In this document: positions 55,285 to 61,943 of the stretch, piece after piece
Position numbering within the stretch: position 1 is the first letter of the stretch
Layout of the letters: each line of letters begins with the position of its first letter
DNA from: an uncultured Bacilli bacterium
GTDB lineage: Bacteria; Bacillota_I; Bacilli_A; RF39; UBA660
Reading direction: 5' to 3'
Length of the DNA: 64,000 nt
NCBI GenBank assembly: GCA_934182615.1
Contig: CAKPRO010000010.1
Location: 2,494-66,493 of the forward strand
Program-made: the position numbers and the translations under genes
The notes under the pieces: model-generated
Databases searched by the model: none
What the model was told of the DNA's origin: nothing
Seen by the model: the letters and a program-made list of their open reading frames with translations, nothing else

Positions 55285-55894
55285 TATTGTACTTAATTTT
55301 AATAAGGAATATTATTCTTTTTATGAATGGAATAGAAAAGATAATATTATTAATGTTAAGAAGATTCCTCTGTTTCTAGTAGATAATGAATGTTTTAATA
55401 TTATGAAATATGATAATGTCTGTGTTAGTAAGGATTTTATTAATGTTATTAGGGATAAAACTTATACTTATACCAGAAGTAAACTTGGTCCTTCTCTTCT
55501 TATTTCTAATGAGAAAGAAGTAATAGCTATTATGTTTAATGAAAATGGTAACTTAATTAAAAGAAGTAGTCTTACTCTTGATGAAGAAGAAGAGGTACTA
55601 GATGAAATTGTAAATAATGAAATATACAATATTCCTATTATTAAACATACTAAAGTTAAAAACGATAATGTTACTAGAAGTATTAGAGAAAAGAGAGACT
55701 TTCTCCTAAAATATATTGTTAATGAAAAGAATGATATTAATTTAAAATATTTATACTATGATTACTTTGAAAAAGATGAAGATAATATTAAATATATTAA
55801 AGATAGATTAATTAAAGAAATTAAAGATAATTGGAATAAAAAACTTAATAAATTTTATGATACAGCGATTATATTTAGTAAGATTAAGAATTAA
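55268..55894 (+). CDS. Conserved-looking hypothetical protein (possibly YqhG/DUF3603-like; weak recollection)
   Basis: N-terminus MNYIYDIVLNFNKEYYSFYEWNRKDNIINVKKIPLFLV. No catalytic motif recognised. Confidence 0.55.
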   Translation: MNYIYDIVLNFNKEYYSFYEWNRKDNIINVKKIPLFLVDNECFNIMKYDNVCVSKDFINVIRDKTYTYTRSKLGPSLLISNEKEVIAIMFNENGNLIKRSSLTLDEEEEVLDEIVNNEIYNIPIIKHTKVKNDNVTRSIREKRDFLLKYIVNEKNDINLKYLYYDYFEKDEDNIKYIKDRLIKEIKDNWNKKLNKFYDTAIIFSKIKN

Positions 55895-56024
55895 ACTTAT
55901 ATTTATTTGTATAAAAAAAAGAAAGTTTTTACATAATTATAATAGAATATTCGCAGATATTCACTTAAGAAAATATTTATTTATTTTCTTTTTTTTGATA
56001 TACTTATAGTGGAGGTAACCTAAT

Positions 56025-56381
56025 ATGGATATATTTTGTAAAATTATTAATAATGAAATACCATCATATACAATATATGAAGATGATATTGTAAAGGTAT
56101 TTTTAGATGTTAACCCTAATAGTACTGGCCACTGTCTAATTGTACCTAAAGAACATTATCAAGACTTCTTTGATATTGATAAAGAGGTACTTAATCATGT
56201 TTTAGAAACTGCGAAAGTTATAGCAAATAGATTAAAAGAAAGACTAAATTGTGATGGTATTACTTTTGCTCAAAATAATGGCCTTGGTCAAGATGTTAAG
56301 CATTATCATTTACATCTAATACCTAAGTATCATAATGATGAGGAGCTATCTATTGAAGAAGTATATAATAAATTAAAGTAG
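56025..56381 (+). CDS. HIT-family nucleotide hydrolase/transferase
   Basis: Histidine triad HYHLHLIP and N-terminal FCKIINNEIPS. Confidence 0.9.
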   Translation: MDIFCKIINNEIPSYTIYEDDIVKVFLDVNPNSTGHCLIVPKEHYQDFFDIDKEVLNHVLETAKVIANRLKERLNCDGITFAQNNGLGQDVKHYHLHLIPKYHNDEELSIEEVYNKLK

Positions 56382-56464
56382 GCAAATGTCTGCTTTTTTA
56401 ATTGAAACTATTGCATTTAATACTTTTTATGATAAAATATTAAGTGTAAGGGAGGTTTATACTT

Positions 56465-57016
56465 ATGGATAAAATAATTTCAAACGGAACTGAGGTTTTA
56501 ATTTTTTCTGAAAGTAAAAATAATGATTCAAAAATATTGGAAAAAAAGAAGTCTATCAAGGGAGTTATAATAAGTAGTAAAAAATCTGAAGACTTATCTT
56601 ATCATGGAAGTCCATGGTACGAACAAATATACACAGTACTAGGATACAATGGAAAAACATACGAAGCAACTTACGGAAGTGCAAATTCATTAATAGGAAA
56701 TGTTTATATTTTAACAGTAGATCATTATATAAAATATATAAATCATCTAATTGAAGAAAACAATAAAAAAATGATAGATTTACAAACAGAAAACGAAAGT
56801 TTAAGGGAAATGTTAACATATTTTACTAATTATAAAGAACCAATAGAAAATAAAGCATCAAATTATTTACCTAGTAATGATAGCGAGGTAATAAGTGAAT
56901 TAATGGAAAGCTTTAAGTACAATCCTGATAAAAAAGCTGAAATCTTAGCCAAATATGAAACTTTAACAAAGGGTAAAATTCGTTCTAAAAGTTTAACACC
57001 AAAGAAAAAGCAATAG
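56465..57016 (+). CDS. Hypothetical protein (183 aa) with central coiled coil
   Basis: ORF with RBS GGGAGG and no recognisable motif. Confidence 0.55.
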   Translation: MDKIISNGTEVLIFSESKNNDSKILEKKKSIKGVIISSKKSEDLSYHGSPWYEQIYTVLGYNGKTYEATYGSANSLIGNVYILTVDHYIKYINHLIEENNKKMIDLQTENESLREMLTYFTNYKEPIENKASNYLPSNDSEVISELMESFKYNPDKKAEILAKYETLTKGKIRSKSLTPKKKQ

Positions 57017-57072
57017 TTTTAATACTATTTATTATCGTTAATGATAATTATTAATTATTTAAAATTATTTTT

Positions 57073-57106
57073 GTAGTGACTATTTTTTAAGTCACTACTT
57101 TTTTAT
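57073..57106 (+). terminator. Rho-independent terminator
   Basis: Stem gtagtgac/gtcactac followed by a T run. Confidence 0.7.
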
Positions 57107-57124
57107 TTATAAATGTGTGTATTA

Positions 57125-57153
57125 CAAACGAAAAAACTATCCGAAGATAGTTT
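57125..57153 (-). terminator. Rho-independent terminator of the tiny-protein pair
   Basis: Stem aaactatc/gatagttt with a 4-nt loop (cgaa on plus, ttcg on minus), followed on the minus strand by tttcgttt. Confidence 0.55.
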
Positions 57154-57169
57154 CTCTAATATAAATATT

Positions 57170-57289
57170 TTAATATAAGAAAGCATTTCCTAATATGATA
57201 GCAAGTAAGATGTATAATACAATAACAATTAATAAACCATTATTGCTTTTATGACTGCAAGTGCTGCTGCAAGAACTATTTCCAGACAT
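57170..57289 (-). CDS. Tiny membrane protein (39 aa), YjcZ-like family
   Basis: ATG 57289 follows AAAGGAGGTG. Reads MSGNSSCSSTCSHKSNNGLLIVIVLYILLAIILGNAFLY. Not in the ORF track. Confidence 0.55.
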   Translation of the reverse strand: MSGNSSCSSTCSHKSNNGLLIVIVLYILLAIILGNAFLY

Positions 57290-57309
57290 TATAATGCACC
57301 TCCTTTAAA

Positions 57310-57402
57310 TTATATCCAAGCGCCTAGTATGATTATTAGTAGGATAAATAGTACTAATACAATAGCAGCACTAGATCCAGTACCGCATCCACAGTTACCC
57401 AT
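57310..57402 (-). CDS. Tiny membrane protein (30 aa), YjcZ / tiny_TM_bacill-like sporulation protein
   Basis: ATG 57402 follows AAAGGAGGAA. Reads MGNCGCGTGSSAAIVLVLFILLIIILGAWI: a Gly/Cys-rich head plus an IVLVLFILLIIILGA core, as in YjcZ-family proteins. Confidence 0.65.
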   Translation of the reverse strand: MGNCGCGTGSSAAIVLVLFILLIIILGAWI

Positions 57403-57589
57403 AATACATTCCTCCTTTTTTTCTATTCACAATATTTTATGGAAAAACAAGAAAAGTGTGCTGTACTTTATAAACAATAAAAAAAGAAAATTAAAAATTG
57501 TGGTAATTTGCCCATATTTACAAAATAACCTTGTATTTTTAGCCTAGATTTGATATTATATTAATGTATCTTTGAAAGGAGAATGAAAA

Positions 57590-58732
57590 ATGGCAAAGAA
57601 AAAACAAGAGACAAAAAATAATAAAAAAGAAAAGAAAGGGGTAGTAGTAAAGGAAGAAAAAGTAGTTAAAGAAGCTCCTAAAAAAGAGTCTAAAAAAGAA
57701 GCAAAGAAAGATACTAAAAAAGTAAATAAAGTTAGTGATGATAAAGTATTTAAAATGCTTGAATTCTTTGATAAATATAGACTTGCTATTTATGGAGCAG
57801 TTGGTGGTATATTAGTTACTGTATTAGTAGTTGTTATTATATGGCCTGATAGAATTGCTACATTAAAAGATGGTACACAACCAGTAGCAGAAATTGATGG
57901 TTATACAGTAACTGCAAATGACTTATATGAAGATATGAAAGATGTATATTCTATTAGTTCATTATTAGATAAGATTGACAATAAAATTCTTGAAGAAAAA
58001 TATCCTGAAACTGATGAAATGAACGATGAATTAAAACAGCAAGCAGAAAGTTATTATAGTGCTTATGAACAATACTATAAAATGGATAAAGAAACTTTCT
58101 TATCAAATAATGGTTTTGGTAGTGAAAAAGCTTTCTTAGAATATTTAAGACTACAATATAGAAGAAATAAATATGCTGAAGACTATATCAAAACTTTAAT
58201 TTCTGATAAAGAAGTAGAAAAATACTATGAAGATAAAGTTTATGGTGATATTAATACTAAACACATCTTAGTAAAAGTAGATAGTTCTGCGAGTGATGAA
58301 GATAAGAAAAAAGCTGAAGATTTAGCTAAAGAAATTATATCTAAATTAAATGATGGTAAATCTTTTGATGAAGTTAAAGAAGAATATAAAGATCAAATTA
58401 CTTATGAAGAATTAGGATATAAATCTTATAATGCTAACTTAGAGTCTGCTTATATGGAAGCTATGCAAAAACTAGAAAATAATAGTTATACTAAAGAACC
58501 TGTTAAGACTTCTTATGGTTATCATGTAATCTATAGAATAGATCAAAAAGAAAAACCTGCTCTTGAAGATGTTAAAGAAGAAATAATTGATTCATTAGTA
58601 AGTGAAAAGAAATCAGAAGATAAAAATATCTCTTATGTTGCTTTAGATAAAATGAGAGAAGAATCAGGTCTTAAATTCTCTGATACTGTATTAGAAAAGA
58701 AATATAATACATATATGTCTCAATATAAATAA
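57590..58732 (+). CDS. prsA: PrsA-like foldase / parvulin-type peptidyl-prolyl isomerase, membrane-anchored
   Basis: Lys-rich N-terminus, a TM anchor, a SurA-N-like region and a parvulin domain (NTKHILV, GYHVIY). Confidence 0.8.
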   Translation: MAKKKQETKNNKKEKKGVVVKEEKVVKEAPKKESKKEAKKDTKKVNKVSDDKVFKMLEFFDKYRLAIYGAVGGILVTVLVVVIIWPDRIATLKDGTQPVAEIDGYTVTANDLYEDMKDVYSISSLLDKIDNKILEEKYPETDEMNDELKQQAESYYSAYEQYYKMDKETFLSNNGFGSEKAFLEYLRLQYRRNKYAEDYIKTLISDKEVEKYYEDKVYGDINTKHILVKVDSSASDEDKKKAEDLAKEIISKLNDGKSFDEVKEEYKDQITYEELGYKSYNANLESAYMEAMQKLENNSYTKEPVKTSYGYHVIYRIDQKEKPALEDVKEEIIDSLVSEKKSEDKNISYVALDKMREESGLKFSDTVLEKKYNTYMSQYK

Positions 58733-58737
58733 TTTAA

Positions 58738-58768
58738 ATGGTATACACTCTGTGTACCATTTTTTTTG
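58738..58768 (+). terminator. Rho-independent terminator of the prsA-like gene
   Basis: Stem atggta(ta)cac/gtgtaccat followed by a 7-T run. Confidence 0.6.
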
Positions 58769-58861
58769 TTTTTGTGGTATATTCTTCACTTTTATTATTT
58801 TATTTGGTATAATTTAATTATAAAAGAATATAAGGTGTACATTTAAGAAAGAGAGGAATAT

Positions 58862-59776
58862 ATGAAAAAAGATGTAACATTAGTTATTTTAGCTGCTGGT
58901 ATGGGTAGTAGATTTGGAGGATTAAAACAAATAGAACCAATGGGTCCTAGTGATGAATTTATTATTGATTATTCTGTTTATGATGCTATAAAAGCAGGAT
59001 TTAATAAAATAGTATTTATCATAAAAAGAGAAAACTATGAACTATTTAAGGAAACTATTGGTAAGAGAGTAGAACCACATATTAAGGTAGAATATGCTTT
59101 TCAAGAATTAAATAATTTACCAGAGAATTTTTCTGTTCCAAAAGATAGAGTTAAACCTTTAGGAACTGCTCATGCGGTATTATGTGCAAAGGATTATGTT
59201 AATGAACCTTTTGCTATGATTAATTCTGATGATTTCTACGGTAGAGATGCTTTTATTAAGGCATATAAATTTTTAAGTAATACTGATAATGACTCTAGTG
59301 AATATGGTATGATTGGCTATATGGTAGCGAATACTTTAACAGAAAATGGTTCTGTTAAAAGAGGTGTTTGTGAAGTAGATAGTAATAATTATTTAAAATC
59401 TATTACTGAGAGTAAAATAGAAAAAATCGGTAATGAAATTGTAGCTAGTCCACTTGATGGTAGTGATAGTTTCACTGTTAATAGTGATGATACTGTAAGT
59501 ATGAATTTCCTACTATTTACTCCTAGTATATTTGGATATATTGAAGAAGGTTTTAGTAAATTCTTTATGGATAATAAAGAAGACTTACTTACTTCAGAGT
59601 ATTTAATTCCTGATGTTGTAAGTAATCTAATTAAGAATGGTAGAGCATCAATGGAAGTTATTAGAACTACCGCTAGCTGGCATGGTGTTACTTATAGAGA
59701 AGATACTCCGGATGTAAAAAACTCTATTAAAAATTTAGTAGAAAATGGAGAATATAAAGAAAATCTTTGGTCTTAA
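58862..59776 (+). CDS. Sugar-phosphate nucleotidyltransferase family protein
   Basis: N-terminal LAAGMGSRFGGLKQ signature of NTP_transferase enzymes. Confidence 0.75.
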   Translation: MKKDVTLVILAAGMGSRFGGLKQIEPMGPSDEFIIDYSVYDAIKAGFNKIVFIIKRENYELFKETIGKRVEPHIKVEYAFQELNNLPENFSVPKDRVKPLGTAHAVLCAKDYVNEPFAMINSDDFYGRDAFIKAYKFLSNTDNDSSEYGMIGYMVANTLTENGSVKRGVCEVDSNNYLKSITESKIEKIGNEIVASPLDGSDSFTVNSDDTVSMNFLLFTPSIFGYIEEGFSKFFMDNKEDLLTSEYLIPDVVSNLIKNGRASMEVIRTTASWHGVTYREDTPDVKNSIKNLVENGEYKENLWS

Positions 59777-59784
59777 TTTTACTC

Positions 59785-59815
59785 AAATTATGTTTAAATT
59801 ATGTTAAATTATGTT
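59785..59815 (+). repeat. Triple direct repeat AAATTATGTT upstream of hpf
   Basis: Copies at 59785-59794, 59796-59805 and 59806-59815, located 70-100 nt upstream of the hpf ATG. Confidence 0.6.
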
Positions 59816-59884
59816 ATTTTCATTTTTCTATTTTATTTTTAAATTATTTCTGATATACTTTAATTATAGGAGGAGGATGTTGAT

Positions 59885-60412
59885 ATGAAATACAATATTC
59901 GTGGTGATAAGATGCTTATTACCGATGCAATAAAAGACTATACTGAAACTAAATTAGGAAGACTTGAAAAATATTTTAAGGACGATGATATTACCGCTAA
60001 TGTACTGGCTAGAGTAAGAGGTAATTCACAAATAGTGGAAGTTACTATTCCTACTAGTAAGTTTATTCTTAGAAGTGAAGAAGAAAATGAAGATTTATAT
60101 GCTGCTATTGACTTAGTAAGTGATAAATTAGAAAGACAAATCAGAAAGAATAAAACTAGATTAAATAGAAATGTTAAAGAGAATGTTAAAGAATTTAACT
60201 TTGATTTTGATATAAAAGAGGAGGAAGAACCTAAAGAAAAAATTGTTAAAAGAAAAGATATTGAAATGAAACCTATGGATGAAGAAGAAGCTATATTAGA
60301 AATGGAACTTCTTGGTCACTCATTCTTTGTATATAAAGATATGGATACTAATAAAACTTGTGTTCTTTATAAAAGAAAAGATGGAGATTATGGTTTAATT
60401 GAAACTAAATAA
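59885..60412 (+). CDS. hpf: Ribosome hibernation promoting factor, long form
   Basis: MKYNIRGDKMLITDAIKDYTETKLGRLEKYF with a C-terminal dimerisation domain (MELLGHSFFVYKD). Confidence 0.95.
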   Translation: MKYNIRGDKMLITDAIKDYTETKLGRLEKYFKDDDITANVLARVRGNSQIVEVTIPTSKFILRSEEENEDLYAAIDLVSDKLERQIRKNKTRLNRNVKENVKEFNFDFDIKEEEEPKEKIVKRKDIEMKPMDEEEAILEMELLGHSFFVYKDMDTNKTCVLYKRKDGDYGLIETK

Positions 60413-60418
60413 TTAATT

Positions 60419-60450
60419 GTATCAACAGAAATTGTTGATACTTTTTCTTT
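60419..60450 (+). terminator. Rho-independent terminator of hpf, with arms resembling degenerate DnaA boxes
   Basis: Perfect 9-bp stem GTATCAACA/TGTTGATAC, loop gaaat, then tttttcttt. Confidence 0.75.
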
Positions 60451-60460
60451 GAAGATTTGT

Positions 60461-60490
60461 GTATCCACAATGGTTGTTGATAGTTTTATT
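60461..60490 (+). repeat. DnaA-box-like imperfect palindrome plus conserved GTTTTATT tail
   Basis: GTATCCACA (60461-60469) and TGTTGATAG (60475-60483), then ttttatt. The same module occurs at 61702-61731. Confidence 0.5.
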
Positions 60491-60526
60491 CTATATGTAA
60501 AATAAAACTATATAAGAACTAAAATC

Positions 60527-60991
60527 TTATATAGTTTTTACCTTTGTGTTTTTTATTGATTGTGTTTCTGACATTTCAAGTATGATTTGTTTTTCTTTGT
60601 TACTAAATAAGTAATCAAATTTATCTAATCTTTCATATCCCATAGTAGAAACCTTTTTAGATATTATTTCTCTAAAATCAACACTTTCTAAATATTCTAA
60701 TAATTTTTTATTTGTTTGAAGTGCATATCTTAATGGAAAATTACGTCCCTCAATTGGAGAGACATTAGTATCTAAACTATAACCTTCTTTTAGTTTAAAT
60801 GTTATTCCATCATACTCAACATATTTATTAAATGTACTTGTAATTGGATCATCTTTAAAGTTAAATAGCTTTAATTTTTGGTTATCTAATGATAGTTTCC
60901 CCAAAGTATATGTAAACAACATACCATCAATGCTATCAAAACCAAGTACAAATAATGAAGATACCAACATTTCACTATTAATATTAATCAT
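60527..60991 (-). CDS. Hypothetical protein (154 aa)
   Basis: ATG preceded by AAAGGAGGG; no motif recognised. It is one of only three right-arm genes on the minus strand. Confidence 0.55.
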   Translation of the reverse strand: MININSEMLVSSLFVLGFDSIDGMLFTYTLGKLSLDNQKLKLFNFKDDPITSTFNKYVEYDGITFKLKEGYSLDTNVSPIEGRNFPLRYALQTNKKLLEYLESVDFREIISKKVSTMGYERLDKFDYLFSNKEKQIILEMSETQSIKNTKVKTI

Positions 60992-61078
60992 AAACCCTCC
61001 TTTGTTTCTTTTATAATATCATATAATATTTTTGTTGTCTACTAGAACATCCATAAATATTGTTGATAAATTTGTTTG

Positions 61079-61110
61079 ATATTTTACTTCTATCAACATA
61101 TATTGTTAAT
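61079..61110 (+). repeat. 32-nt direct repeat, left copy
   Basis: atattttacttctatcaacatatattgttaat is identical to 61734-61765 except at one position. Confidence 0.8.
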
Positions 61111-61180
61111 GAAAATATAGTTTAATACTATTTTAAAAAGATTTTTTATGCTATAATATTAGTTGAAAGGATGATTCATC

Positions 61181-61696
61181 ATGGATATGAAGACAAATGC
61201 AGAAGAAATGGAAAGTTGGCTTAATTCGCCTATTCCAAAAAGAGTAATTAATGAGTGGAAAAAAGAAAATAAATTAAAAATTAAAACTGAAGAAGAAAAA
61301 ATAAATAGAATAATTTATAGTGATTGTTATTTATTATGGCTTGAACAATTTACTTTAAAAAATCCTTGTTTCAGTAGTGATATTTTGTTGTACTCTCAAG
61401 AAGGAATAACAGACGAAGAAATGGATATGATTGGAGACTTACATTTTTTATACGAAATAATAGACGACTATGCTAATAGAAATACCTTACCTGCTTTTAA
61501 TTGTTATCATGGGCAATATTATAAAATTAGTTATAATAATATCTGCTACAAAATAGGTGTTATTTCAGGACAAGGTACACATTTCTTTGCAAGAAGAGTA
61601 AACACTGAAAAAAAAGATAATTTTATTGATTTTAATATTATTATGAAAGAAAGAGTATCACATGATAATAAAAAGAAAAAAATATTAAAAAAATAA
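61181..61696 (+). CDS. Hypothetical protein (171 aa)
   Basis: ATG preceded by GAAAGGATG; no motif recognised. Bracketed by the 32-nt direct repeats. Confidence 0.55.
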   Translation: MDMKTNAEEMESWLNSPIPKRVINEWKKENKLKIKTEEEKINRIIYSDCYLLWLEQFTLKNPCFSSDILLYSQEGITDEEMDMIGDLHFLYEIIDDYANRNTLPAFNCYHGQYYKISYNNICYKIGVISGQGTHFFARRVNTEKKDNFIDFNIIMKERVSHDNKKKKILKK

Positions 61697-61701
61697 TTAT
61701 T

Positions 61702-61731
61702 CTATCCACAAGTGCTGTGGATAGTTTTATT
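61702..61731 (+). terminator. Rho-independent terminator whose arms are near-consensus DnaA boxes
   Basis: Perfect 9-bp stem CTATCCACA/TGTGGATAG, loop agtgc, then ttttatt. Confidence 0.7.
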
Positions 61732-61733
61732 AT

Positions 61734-61765
61734 ATATTTTACTTCTATCAACATATACTGTTAAT
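61734..61765 (+). repeat. 32-nt direct repeat, right copy
   Basis: atattttacttctatcaacatatactgttaat matches 61079-61110 at 31 of 32 positions. Confidence 0.8.
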
Positions 61766-61774
61766 AACTTTAAA

Positions 61775-61862
61775 GTTTTAAAGACTTAGGGCTTTAAAAC
61801 TCTTTTTTGAAGACATAAAGGCTTCAAAAAGCACTGAGTGACTACAGGCACGATGTGAAACT
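61775..61862 (+). repeat. Hairpin-repeat family copy 6
   Basis: gttttAAAGACttagGGCTTTaaaac (61775-61800) and tttgAAGACataaaGGCTTcaaa (about 61805-61829), then a degenerate tail containing another GACtacaGGC core. Confidence 0.6.
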
Positions 61863-61943
61863 ACAATAAAATAAAGTAAATATTAAATATTTACTAGTTT
61901 TTTTAGTTAAAATATAGTAAAATATTATCTAGGAGATGATTTG

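Noticed and set aside
57251-57547. 98-aa plus-strand ORF from the track
   Set aside because: It overlaps, in antisense, two tiny genes that have near-perfect RBSs and a family-like sequence. It has no RBS of its own, and its translation is low-complexity.
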